DNA of 64,000 nt from Spirochaetia bacterium (GTDB lineage Bacteria; Spirochaetota; Spirochaetia; SZUA-6; Bin103), in the NCBI GenBank assembly GCA_965203905.1, contig CBDBDQ010000005.1, positions 4,384,001 to 4,448,000 on the forward strand, read 5' to 3'. Shown here piece after piece: positions 18,978-28,225 of the stretch. A program made the position numbers and the translations under genes. Position 1 is the first letter of the stretch, and every line of letters starts with the position of its first letter. The notes beneath the pieces are model-generated. The model made no database searches, had not been told where the DNA came from, and saw only the letters and a program-made list of their open reading frames with translations.

Positions 18978-19997
18978 ATGAACGAGATCGAGGGCAGCAG
19001 ACTCTACACGAAGTGTCTTGGATGCTTGGCCGGGGGCATCATCGGCGATGCGCTGGGGGCGCCCTCCGAGGGCAAGAGCCCGGCCGAGATCGAGCAGCAG
19101 TTCGGCTGGCTGGACGACTTCGAATCGGGCGGCACCGACGACACCGTGCTGCGCGACATCCTGGCGCGCTCGCTGATTCGCACCGCGGGGTACGCCACCA
19201 TCGACGACTGGGCCGCCGACTGGCTGGCGGCGTGGAACGACATCTTCGGCGCCAAGCAGGGGAAGTTCTTCATCTCCGTGCTGCACACGGCACGCCGGCT
19301 GCGGGTGCAGGGCGAACCGAGGCTCGCCGCGCTCGGCAACATCCCCTGCTCCAGCTCTGCCATGTGCATCGCGCCGGTGGGGCTGGTGAACGCCTGCAAT
19401 CCGGCGCAGGCGGCGCGGCAGGCCGCGCACCTTGCCTCCCTCATCAACGTGCAGGACGCGGGCTTCTGTCAGGACGGGGCCGCCGTCATAGCCGCAGCCG
19501 TGGCCGCCGCGTGCCGCCCCGGAGCCACCGTGGCGTCGGTATTGCACGATGCCGTCGCCCACCTCCCGGCCACCAGCGGAGCGGCCATGGTGGCGCGGGT
19601 GGAGCAGGCGCTCGCGGCGACCCGCGGCCGCGACTACGGCAGCTTTCGCCGGCACGTGCACGACCACGCGGAGCAGTTTCTGCAACTCCGGAAGGCCAAC
19701 TCCCTGGAGACCGTTCCCCTTACCCTGGCGTTGTTCTCGCTGGCAGCGGGTGAGCTGGAGCAGTGCGTGCTCTACGCCGCGAACTTCGGCGGCGACACCG
19801 ACACCATGGGCGCCATGGCGGGTGCCATCGCCGGTGCCTGGGGTGGCACCGACGCCATCAGGCCGGAGTGGCTGGAGAAGGTAAGGCGCAACGCCGACCA
19901 GGACCAGGAAGCGCTGGCACTGGGGCTGGCGCGGGCGGCCATCGCCAAGCTGCAGCGCGAGCGCGCCGCCGGCGCGGAGTTGGACGAACTGCTGTGA
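18978..19997 (+). CDS. ADP-ribosylglycohydrolase family protein
   Basis: GGIIGDALGAP, GTDDT, NFGGDTDTMGAMAGAIAGA. Confidence 0.9.
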   Translation: MNEIEGSRLYTKCLGCLAGGIIGDALGAPSEGKSPAEIEQQFGWLDDFESGGTDDTVLRDILARSLIRTAGYATIDDWAADWLAAWNDIFGAKQGKFFISVLHTARRLRVQGEPRLAALGNIPCSSSAMCIAPVGLVNACNPAQAARQAAHLASLINVQDAGFCQDGAAVIAAAVAAACRPGATVASVLHDAVAHLPATSGAAMVARVEQALAATRGRDYGSFRRHVHDHAEQFLQLRKANSLETVPLTLALFSLAAGELEQCVLYAANFGGDTDTMGAMAGAIAGAWGGTDAIRPEWLEKVRRNADQDQEALALGLARAAIAKLQRERAAGAELDELL

Positions 19998-20113
19998 AGT
20001 CCGGCGCCGCCCCGGCCGAGGGTGCCGGCCGGCGCACACTTTCGAGAAGTGCAGTAATGGTGGAGTACACTACGGTATTGGCTGGCCCGCGGCGCCGGCC
20101 AAGGGGGGAGGCA

Positions 20114-20320
20114 ATGGCCGATGCGCCCACCAAGGGCCAAGTCACTCAGAAAACGCGGAGCATTTCCTGGGACCCCGCCAAGTGCGCCTTCGAGTTGACC
20201 CTGATGGGCATCGAGTTGGAGCCGGGCGTCGAATACGAAATCCAGACGACCGTCCTATCCCCCGACAAGAAGCCCCAGCAGCAGCCCGTGATCCAGAAAA
20301 TGAAGGCGGAACAACGATGA
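20114..20320 (+). CDS. Small hypothetical protein (68 aa)
   Basis: GGAGG RBS before ATG; MADAPTKG...; normal codon usage. Confidence 0.6.
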   Translation: MADAPTKGQVTQKTRSISWDPAKCAFELTLMGIELEPGVEYEIQTTVLSPDKKPQQQPVIQKMKAEQR

Positions 20321-20348
20321 GCACGGTCACTCCGTGAGACGGAATACC

Positions 20349-20903
20349 ATGACAGCGGCGCATGGAACGGTGCACCGTGGCCGCCATTATCGGACCAGTT
20401 CTCTGGTCGTGCCACAATATCTCCCGCCCTCGGAGCAACTCGATCGCCCCTTACCGCCGGTGGCGGACACGATACTGCTGCCCGCATGCGAGACGTTCCA
20501 CTCATCCTTGGACCATCAGATCAGGGTGCACTCGACCAAGGCGCATGAGGACGACATCAGGGAGCAGATCAGCAACCTGGGCAGTCTCCAGGATGGATGG
20601 CTCGACGGAACCGGGAAGGCGTGCGACCGCAATGGATTAGCCAATCTGGCGGAGCAGTTGATCAGCCACTACCCTTTGGACGCACCGGAACTGCGTCTCT
20701 ACCCCACCGGGGACGGGAGTGTCCAGGCGGAATGGTGGACCGAAAACTACAACGCAGTCCTCGAGGTATTTCTCGATGGGACGACTCCCGCCGAGTGGTC
20801 CGATTTCAACCTCCGGACGAAGGTGGAGAAGGTGCGCCCGATGAACATCAACAACGAGCAGGATTGGGAGTGGGTTGTCCAACGCCTTCGTTCTCTCAGC
20901 TAA
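20349..20903 (+). CDS. Hypothetical protein (LQDGWLDG...LYPTGDGSVQAEW type)
   Basis: Intact ORF with protein-like composition in an AT-richer patch. Confidence 0.7.
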   Translation: MTAAHGTVHRGRHYRTSSLVVPQYLPPSEQLDRPLPPVADTILLPACETFHSSLDHQIRVHSTKAHEDDIREQISNLGSLQDGWLDGTGKACDRNGLANLAEQLISHYPLDAPELRLYPTGDGSVQAEWWTENYNAVLEVFLDGTTPAEWSDFNLRTKVEKVRPMNINNEQDWEWVVQRLRSLS

Positions 20904-21004
20904 ACACCGGCGCGCTCCTCCTCCGACAGGTCAATCCCAACTGGTTCGTGAAGGGCACGACGAGCATCGCAGCCTTCAACCCGAGCAAGGAGTTTATATG
21001 CTGA
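20900..21004 (+). pseudogene. Start-less N-terminal remnant of an ART-fold-like protein
   Basis: Overlaps the upstream stop; reads LNTGALLLRQVNPNWFVKGTTSIAAFNPSKE, then is cut by the next gene. Confidence 0.4.
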
Positions 21005-21579
21005 ACTCAACAAGGTTTATCGTGATCGCACTGTGCTTCGTCAGCGCGTTGGCTGAGGCGCGGGTCCTGGATGGCACGCACTTGGTGGGTACCGAGATCA
21101 AGCCTGGGGTGTACACGGCTCCGGGTGGGGAGCACTGCTTCTGGTCACGGATCCAGAAGGGTGATGAGAACATCACGGGCGCTGGGAGATCGCCGGTTGT
21201 CGAGGTGAAGGCGTCTGACCTTGCATTTCACTCGTCAGGTTGCGGCATGTGGACTCCTTTGGACCTGGACGGGGCGACTCTATATCAAGCCGCCAACGTC
21301 TTCCTGGCAGCCATCATCAACACGGTGGCGATCTACTTACCGGAGGGGCCGGCGCGGGATGATTTCTTTGATCAGGTGTTCAAGACGGTCGCGCACCTCA
21401 TGACCTACCCCGAGTGGGAGGACACGTCGTGGGACGCGGTAGTATACCTCATAGGACAACTTCCCAAAGTGCAGATACCGGCACACGCACGAGAGGATGC
21501 TGTGCCCAGGCCAGAGGTGACCCCGGCCATGCCGACCGCCGAGGCGGCGGCAAACCGTAGGCGCCTGAGCGGAAACTGA
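20998..21579 (+). CDS. Secreted hypothetical protein
   Basis: AAGGAG RBS; signal peptide; DGTHLVGTEIKPGVY...CFW...SSGCGMW domain. Confidence 0.75.
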   Translation: MLNSTRFIVIALCFVSALAEARVLDGTHLVGTEIKPGVYTAPGGEHCFWSRIQKGDENITGAGRSPVVEVKASDLAFHSSGCGMWTPLDLDGATLYQAANVFLAAIINTVAIYLPEGPARDDFFDQVFKTVAHLMTYPEWEDTSWDAVVYLIGQLPKVQIPAHAREDAVPRPEVTPAMPTAEAAANRRRLSGN

Positions 21580-21703
21580 CCCCCTATCGGGGCCGGATTC
21601 AAATCTGACGCACTACCCGAGTGTGCCGATGGACGGCATGCCGCTACGATAACCGGCCTCGTTGGGCTATGCTGTCGAACGTGTGAGAGGAGGCGAGGGA
21701 AGA

Positions 21704-22726
21704 ATGGCCACGGTTGCGTTCGTAACGGAGCAGGGGGCCGCGCACCGCAGGCACTACCAGGAGGCGATGCGGGACAACGCGCGGATAGAGCAGGTGGTGC
21801 TGATGGATCCGGAGGGCGCCACCTTCGAGAAGGGACGGCATGCGTGCGGCCCCAAGGTGCGGGCGACGGAGACCACCGTGGACGGACTGCTCGGCCACGG
21901 CAGGCCGGACCTGGCGATCGTGTCCCTGATCGCGGCGCACGCACCGGCGGTGATCGAGCCGTTGCTCGACGCCGGCGTCCACGTGATGGCGGAGAAGCCT
22001 GCCTGTTTGCATCCGGACCAGTTTGCACGGCTGGTGCAGGTGGCGGAGCGGCGCGGCGTCCACCTGATGCTGGCGTTCGCCCAGCGCTGCCAGCCGGCGA
22101 AGGAGGACGCGCGGCGCATCATCGCCGCTGGCGGCATCGGCTCGCTGTACGCGGTGCAGGCGGTGCAGGTGGACGATCAGGGGCGCATCCCGGGCCACGT
22201 TGCCAGCGGCAACTGGACCTTCCGCAAGCAGCTCGCCGGCGGCGGCCACCTCACCTGGCTCGGCATCCACACGCTCGACCAGATCCGTTTCCTCACCGGC
22301 GCCGAGATCGAGGCGGTGCAGGCGATGACCGCGGTGGTCGGCGGCCAGCCGATCGACGTGGAAGACCTGGCCCTGGTCAACCTCCGTTTCGGCGGCGGGG
22401 CCCACGGCTCGCTGTTCTCCGGCTACCTGCTCGACGCCAAGCCGGGTCCTTCCGGCATCACCGTGTTCGGCTCCGCCGGCTGGCTGCGCATCAACGCCGC
22501 CGAGCGGGGGCTGCTGGAGTGGAGCGCCACCGGCTCACCGCGCAGGGTGGTGCACTACTCGGAGCCGGGCGGCGGCTACAGCCGCTGGGTGGAGCGGACC
22601 CTGGCGGCCTGTCTCGGGGAGGCCGATCCGCCGGTAACCGGCCGCGACGGGCTGGCGGCGCTGCGCGTCGCTCACGCCGCCTACCGCTCGGCGGCGGAGG
22701 GGCGCACGGTCGAGGTCGGACCATAG
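21704..22726 (+). CDS. Gfo/Idh/MocA family oxidoreductase
   Basis: HVMAEKP, GGGHLTWLGIHTLD, DVED, AAYRSA. Confidence 0.9.
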   Translation: MATVAFVTEQGAAHRRHYQEAMRDNARIEQVVLMDPEGATFEKGRHACGPKVRATETTVDGLLGHGRPDLAIVSLIAAHAPAVIEPLLDAGVHVMAEKPACLHPDQFARLVQVAERRGVHLMLAFAQRCQPAKEDARRIIAAGGIGSLYAVQAVQVDDQGRIPGHVASGNWTFRKQLAGGGHLTWLGIHTLDQIRFLTGAEIEAVQAMTAVVGGQPIDVEDLALVNLRFGGGAHGSLFSGYLLDAKPGPSGITVFGSAGWLRINAAERGLLEWSATGSPRRVVHYSEPGGGYSRWVERTLAACLGEADPPVTGRDGLAALRVAHAAYRSAAEGRTVEVGP

Positions 22727-22754
22727 CGACCGAAACCGTGGCCTGCCCGCGGCG

Positions 22755-23945
22755 TCATCGATCATTGTCGCGCAGGGCCTGTTGCTTGGACTGGCCGACG
22801 CCGCGCAGGAACGAAGGGTCGAGCCACAGATCGAGGGCAGCCGTCTCGTAGCCGCCCGGCAGTCGGCCCTGGGCGGCGAGCTCGGCGATCTGAGCCCGGG
22901 TGAACCATGCCGCCCGGGCCGTGGCAGGAGCTTCGCCGGCCGGCAGCGGGTAGCCGAACACCCGGCAGCGGCGGCCGGCATCGTCGAAGTCGCCGATGTA
23001 GCTCGCCCATGGCAGGTCGATGTCGAGGTCGCGGCGCGCTGCGTGTTCGAGCGCATTCAGGTGATTCGTATCCGGGCTGCAGTCGTCTCCGGGCAGCTTC
23101 CAGGTGCCGCTGCGCGCGCCCGGCTGGTTGCCGTGGCGAAGCAGCAGGAAGGCACCGTCCCGCTCGACCACCAGTCGCAGCACGGTGACCGGCCGCTCGC
23201 CGTGGTGCGGCAGCAGCGAGCGTCCGTGACACACGACCGCGCGGTGGGCCGCGTCGCTGAACACGATCGGCCCGCAGCCCGGAGGAGCGGTATGCGCGCG
23301 GTACTTGTTGTAGACCCCCAGCCGGTTTTGGCGCGACCGGTTCGCCCCGCCGGCGTGCCAGGTGAACATGTTCATCAGCAGCAGGTCGCCGCGCCGCAGT
23401 CGTGCGTCCACCAGGGGGGCCATGGTGTCGGCCCCCGCTCGTTGCACGCGCCGGACACGACCCTCACCTGCGACGATTCGGCTCAGCTTGTGCGATCCCG
23501 GCGACACGAACAGGGGGCCGGTCTCGGCATCGAGATCGACCATGGACATGATCGCGAACAGCCAGTTCAGCGAGGAGCCGGCGTTGTGGTAGGGCTTGTA
23601 GTCCTGGTGCGCCTCCGGGTGCGAACCCGAGTAGTCGCCCCCCGTGCCGCCGGCCCCCGGCGTCTTGAGGTAGGCCACGAAGGTCGCCATTACCGCCGCA
23701 CCGCCGAGCAGCGTCTCCACCGCGTGGACGATCACCGGGTCGCTCGCCAGCGCCGCCAGTGGCGGCTCTGCCACCACGTCGGTCAGCAACACGTAGCGGC
23801 TCGCCGGTTGCGGGTCGCCATGCTCCCGCCGCGCCGCTTCCATCAGCGCTTCGGTAATCGGTCGCAGCTCGGTCTCGCCGTAGAGGCCGCGGATCACGAC
23901 GTACCCGTGATCGTGGTAGAGCTGAACCTGGCGCGGCGTCAACAT
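22755..23945 (-). CDS. PhyH-family Fe(II)/2OG dioxygenase fused to a degenerate Nudix-like domain
   Basis: YHDHGYVVI, HQD, VSPGSH, WHAGG; C-terminal DGAFLLLR...WKLPG...AARRDL. Confidence 0.8.
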   Translation of the reverse strand: MLTPRQVQLYHDHGYVVIRGLYGETELRPITEALMEAARREHGDPQPASRYVLLTDVVAEPPLAALASDPVIVHAVETLLGGAAVMATFVAYLKTPGAGGTGGDYSGSHPEAHQDYKPYHNAGSSLNWLFAIMSMVDLDAETGPLFVSPGSHKLSRIVAGEGRVRRVQRAGADTMAPLVDARLRRGDLLLMNMFTWHAGGANRSRQNRLGVYNKYRAHTAPPGCGPIVFSDAAHRAVVCHGRSLLPHHGERPVTVLRLVVERDGAFLLLRHGNQPGARSGTWKLPGDDCSPDTNHLNALEHAARRDLDIDLPWASYIGDFDDAGRRCRVFGYPLPAGEAPATARAAWFTRAQIAELAAQGRLPGGYETAALDLWLDPSFLRGVGQSKQQALRDNDR

Positions 23946-25342
23946 GAACGTTCCTCGGTCACGAACCTGGCGCCGAACACCTTTATGTTGTCGCCGTAGA
24001 CCTTGATCTTGCAGTATCTGCCCGCCAGCTCGTCCAGGCTGCGGCCATGCCTCCAGCGCACGGCGCCCGCCTTGTCGTCTCCGGTCAGCGGCATGCAGTC
24101 GTCAGCGGTGAAGCCGGCGATCGGCCTGCCGTAGCCCGGATACTTCAGCTCGACGCGCACCTCGTTGCTGCATCGATAGTTGAGCTCCAGCCTGCCGCCC
24201 GGACACAGCACCGGGACCGAGGCAAACCAGCCGCCGAGTTCCGACTGCTGGCCGACCAGGCGGTCGGTCGGAAACCAGGCTCGGGCAATGCACTGCTTGA
24301 GATGCTGTGCCTGCTCGCTCGCTCCGCTGTCATGGGGATGCGGCGCAGCGAAGTAGTAGACCCACGTCCTGTCGCCCTCCACGACAGGCTCGGAGAGTCC
24401 GCAGTACACGCCGCCGCCATCGATTGCGCCGAAGTCGCCCTGCCGCAGCACCGCGGTCTTGCTCGGAAGGCGACTCCAGGAGAGGCCGTCCGGGCTCTCC
24501 ACGAGCTCCAGCCACGACATCTGCGTGGTCACGTCATAGACGTTCAGGAACCCCATGCAGCGACCGCTCAGCGTGAACGCCGTCTGTTGATAGAAGTTGG
24601 TGCCCTTGTTGTCGCCCGAGTCCGGCTTGAACAGGACATGCGGCTCGCTCCAGGTCCTGCAATCCGTGCTGTAGCTCAGCATCCGGATCCGGTTCTCGCC
24701 GTAGCGCTCCTTGAGAAACGCGAGATAGCGCCGGTGAATCGGATCGTACCACAGGCACTCGGCATCCTGGGTAGGGAACACCTGACCGGTGAACGTGAAG
24801 TCGATGCCGTCGGGCGACGTGAACAGGCACCCTCCAGTGACCGAGGGGTCGTCGTTGTCCTGGTGAAACACCAGCATCTTGTAGCGGCGCGCGGGGTCCG
24901 GATCATTCGCATCCTCGATCACGGAAGGCGAGTCCAGCAGGAACCCGTCCCAATCCAGCACGATGTTGTTGCCGGGGAAGAGGTGCACCAGGAACCGGTT
25001 CAGCACCGGACGCGTCCAGTGGATGCCATCGTCACTTTCCGCGAAGCACACTACCTTGCGCCACGGGAAGTGGGTGGTGTTGTCGATCACCGTGGCGCCG
25101 CCTGCCGGCTCCCGCCGGAACCCCGATTGATACCACAGCCGGTATCTGCCATCGAGCTTCGACTTGATGATCGTGGCCCACTGGATTCCCTTCTCGATCT
25201 CCCACGGAGTCTCGACCGACAGCACCGGTGCAGGATCCTTGCGCAACGGCTCGACGTAGTCGTAGCTCTTATGATTCTCGGTGATGTTCAGCGGCGAGAA
25301 CAGCACTTCCTTCACGCTGCGTTCAGGTGTCGCCCGGCTCAT
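23939..25342 (-). CDS. Five-bladed beta-propeller glycosyl hydrolase-like protein
   Basis: AESDDGIHW, DPDPARRYKM, TSPDGIDF, SPDGLSW repeats; lies in a sugar ABC operon. Confidence 0.75.
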   Translation of the reverse strand: MSRATPERSVKEVLFSPLNITENHKSYDYVEPLRKDPAPVLSVETPWEIEKGIQWATIIKSKLDGRYRLWYQSGFRREPAGGATVIDNTTHFPWRKVVCFAESDDGIHWTRPVLNRFLVHLFPGNNIVLDWDGFLLDSPSVIEDANDPDPARRYKMLVFHQDNDDPSVTGGCLFTSPDGIDFTFTGQVFPTQDAECLWYDPIHRRYLAFLKERYGENRIRMLSYSTDCRTWSEPHVLFKPDSGDNKGTNFYQQTAFTLSGRCMGFLNVYDVTTQMSWLELVESPDGLSWSRLPSKTAVLRQGDFGAIDGGGVYCGLSEPVVEGDRTWVYYFAAPHPHDSGASEQAQHLKQCIARAWFPTDRLVGQQSELGGWFASVPVLCPGGRLELNYRCSNEVRVELKYPGYGRPIAGFTADDCMPLTGDDKAGAVRWRHGRSLDELAGRYCKIKVYGDNIKVFGARFVTEERSC

Positions 25343-25355
25343 GCGCAGGTCTCCT

Positions 25356-25386
25356 TCGCCCAATCGCCCAATCGCCCAATCGCCCA
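25356..25386. repeat. Tandem repeat (TCGCCCAA) x about 4 abutting an RBS
   Basis: Directly read; next to the GAAGGAG RBS of the hydrolase gene. Confidence 0.9.
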
Positions 25387-25443
25387 CCGGGCCAGCCCCA
25401 CGGGCCGACCCGGCTGGGTATCCGATCAGTCCTTTCAGTCTGC

Positions 25444-27039
25444 TCAGTCTACGACGAAGACCTCGTTGGCGCGCTGCAGGTAGCGCTCGCCGCCGCCCTG
25501 GTGCCACTTCGCCACTACTTCGTCGAAGTATTCCAGGGGCTTGATTCCGGTGATGATCTGAGCGGCCATCGTTTCCAGCGCCTCGTTCTCGATCTCCAGC
25601 AGGATCGGATCGTCGTTCTCGTCCAGGATCGGGAACAGGATCGCCGATGCGGTGTAGTTGTGGGTATTTCGGTCCCAGGTTCCGCCCGGTCCCAGGAACA
25701 CGTTCTCGGCCTTCTTCTCCTCCTGGTTGGAGGTGAACGCTCTGAAGTCCTGATTCCACAGGCCATCCAGCGCGTACCAGTCCCAGATGTTGCCCCACTC
25801 GTAGCGCAATTCCGGCCGTGCCACGATGGTGTAGTCGAGGGTGCCGTCTTCACGCCACCGGTAGCCCTCGCCCTCGCGTCCCCAATGGGTCAGCAGGTAC
25901 AGCTCCTTGTCCGTGTTGAGATCCTGCCCCAGCTTCATGATGCGGTACATCTTGTCGCGCTCCTGCTCCAGGTGCACGCCAAACGACATTCCGGTGTTGG
26001 TGATGTTGGGAAAGCGCAGGTGGCGGTATTCATACCCCTCCTGGCGCAGCGGACGCGGCGCCACGACCACTTCCGCACCCGGGTCTCCCGAAACCTCCCG
26101 GACGGTGTTTTCCAGACCCATGTAGAAGCGGCCGAAGCCGGTCCAGTTGTCGGTCAGGGTGAGTCCCTCCTCGAATGCTCCCGCCTTCGCCTGGGCATCG
26201 TTGGTGATCCACTCCGGATCGATGTACCCGTTTGCATACCAGTCCCGCAGCACGGCCAGCGCCGCTCGCGTCTCCGGCAGCACCGAGCCGTACACGACTT
26301 CGCCGTCCTTGTTGTAATACTGGTTCCAGATGGTGCCGTGGGCATAGAACACCTCGCTGAAGCTGCGCGAGAAGGTCATGCCGCTGCCGGTGTACGGGTA
26401 CTTGTTCGGGTTGGCTTCCTTGAACGCCGCGAATACCTCGCTCATGCCGTCGATCGTGGATGGCGGCTCGTCGAACCCCAGGTCTCGCAGAATATCCATC
26501 CGCCACACGTAGAAGTGCACCGAGTATTGCCCCGGGCGATACAGCAACAGGGGAAATACCTGCATGTGGCCGGGATGGATGGAGGACATGTTGGAGATCG
26601 CCGCGTCGCTTCCCAACGCTCCCAGCAGCATCTTGTATCCATGCGGCCGATGCTGCTTGAACTCCTCCATGGTGACCCTGGCGGCACCCTGCTGCACCAG
26701 CTTCGAGGTCCTGTCGCCCGCTCCGAAGAACACGTCCGGCATGGTGCCGGCCGCCAACAGCGTCGTCAGCCTCGGGATGATGTCGGAACGCGACGGCACC
26801 GACGTCATCTTGAAGGTGACGTTGTAGCGCTCTTCCACCTCCTTGATCACGTACGCGTCCGGACTCGGCGCCCCCCGATTCAACAGCCAGAAGATCTCGT
26901 AGTGTTGATCCTCCGGCTGCGCCGCCGTCTCCGCCGCCGTCTCCCCGGTGGCGGCGGCGAACAGTGGACCGCCGAGGAACACCAGGTATGCGGCCGCGAT
27001 CAGCAGACAGCGTTCATGTCTCACAGCTATGCTTCTCAT
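25444..27039 (-). CDS. Carbohydrate ABC substrate-binding protein, family 1
   Basis: Signal peptide; LLAAGTMPD, WRMDILRDLG, LRDWYANGYIDPE, IITGIKPL. Confidence 0.88.
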   Translation of the reverse strand: MRSIAVRHERCLLIAAAYLVFLGGPLFAAATGETAAETAAQPEDQHYEIFWLLNRGAPSPDAYVIKEVEERYNVTFKMTSVPSRSDIIPRLTTLLAAGTMPDVFFGAGDRTSKLVQQGAARVTMEEFKQHRPHGYKMLLGALGSDAAISNMSSIHPGHMQVFPLLLYRPGQYSVHFYVWRMDILRDLGFDEPPSTIDGMSEVFAAFKEANPNKYPYTGSGMTFSRSFSEVFYAHGTIWNQYYNKDGEVVYGSVLPETRAALAVLRDWYANGYIDPEWITNDAQAKAGAFEEGLTLTDNWTGFGRFYMGLENTVREVSGDPGAEVVVAPRPLRQEGYEYRHLRFPNITNTGMSFGVHLEQERDKMYRIMKLGQDLNTDKELYLLTHWGREGEGYRWREDGTLDYTIVARPELRYEWGNIWDWYALDGLWNQDFRAFTSNQEEKKAENVFLGPGGTWDRNTHNYTASAILFPILDENDDPILLEIENEALETMAAQIITGIKPLEYFDEVVAKWHQGGGERYLQRANEVFVVD

Positions 27040-27163
27040 TTGCAACTCCAGAGCACCCGAAGTACCGCAACGTCGGAACGATCTCACGACAGGGACCGAT
27101 GCGCCATGCTCTAGGACATTCGGGGCGGACCTCCTCTTTGCGCTCTGGCACGCGCCTTCAGGT

Positions 27164-27218
27164 GGCTCATGCGGCGGCTCATGCGGATTGCGGCTCAGGC
27201 CGGTTACGGCTCATGCCG
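27164..27218. repeat. Four GGCTCA(T/G)GC units in the permease-SBP intergenic region
   Basis: Copies at 27164, 27176, 27192 and 27208. Confidence 0.7.
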
Positions 27219-27322
27219 AAGTACTCGGGTGCAGCAGACCCTTGTACCTCATAGCTGCCGGGCTGTCAAATTGGAAACGCGCTGCGTCCGGCGGCGGCAC
27301 GGGCAGCCGTCGCCAACGGCGA

Positions 27323-28225
27323 CTAACCTCGCAACGAGCCCAGCATGATCCCTTTCACGAAGTGGCGCTGCAGAAACGGATAGACACACAGGATCGGAAC
27401 GGTCACCACCATGAGCATGGCCGCCTTCAGGCTCTCGGGGATGATGTAGATGCCCTCCTCCTCCTCCATCATCGCCAGGATGGCCGCATCGTCGAGCAGA
27501 TCCCGCAACAGCTCCTGCGATGTAAGGATCTCTCGGAGAATGATCTGAACCACCTGTTTCTCGGGATCGATGATGTAGATCATGGAATCGAACCAGGCGT
27601 TCCAATGCCCGACCGCGGTCCACAGCACGACCACGGCAATGACCGGCTTCGACAACGGCAGCACCAGGCGAAAGAAAATCGTGACATCGTGGGCGCCATC
27701 GATCCGCAGGCTCTCTTCCAGGCTGACCGGCAGGCTCATCATGAAGTTGCGGATGATGAAGACGGTGAACGGCGATACCAGGATCGGCAGGATCAGCGCC
27801 CAGCGGGTATCGATCAGGCCGAGGTTCCGCATCAACAGGTAGGATGGGATCAAGCCACCCGAGAAGAACATCACGAACACCAGCAGGCTGGTCCAGAGAT
27901 GGCGCAGGATGAAAGTTCGCTTGGACAGCGGGTAGGCCATGGCGGTCATGGTCAAGGTAGCCATGGCAGTGCCCGCCACCGTTCGTATGATGGTGTTGAG
28001 GTAGCCCGAGTACAGTCCCGGATATTCGAGGACTCTGCGATACGCGGTAAACGTTACTTCGGTGGGGAAGATGCGCATCCCCAGCCCCTCGAGGCGTCTC
28101 GCGGGACTCAGCGAAATCGTGATCTGATTCAGAAACGGAACCAGTATGGTGACACTGAACAGCACCAGAAACAGGACGTTGAAAAAGTCGAATACCAGGT
28201 CTCCGCGGGTCTTACCAGACGCCAT
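27323..28225 (-). CDS. Carbohydrate ABC permease
   Basis: AYPLS, FSGGLIP, EESLRIDGA, YPFLQRHFVKG. Confidence 0.93.
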   Translation of the reverse strand: MASGKTRGDLVFDFFNVLFLVLFSVTILVPFLNQITISLSPARRLEGLGMRIFPTEVTFTAYRRVLEYPGLYSGYLNTIIRTVAGTAMATLTMTAMAYPLSKRTFILRHLWTSLLVFVMFFSGGLIPSYLLMRNLGLIDTRWALILPILVSPFTVFIIRNFMMSLPVSLEESLRIDGAHDVTIFFRLVLPLSKPVIAVVVLWTAVGHWNAWFDSMIYIIDPEKQVVQIILREILTSQELLRDLLDDAAILAMMEEEEGIYIIPESLKAAMLMVVTVPILCVYPFLQRHFVKGIMLGSLRG

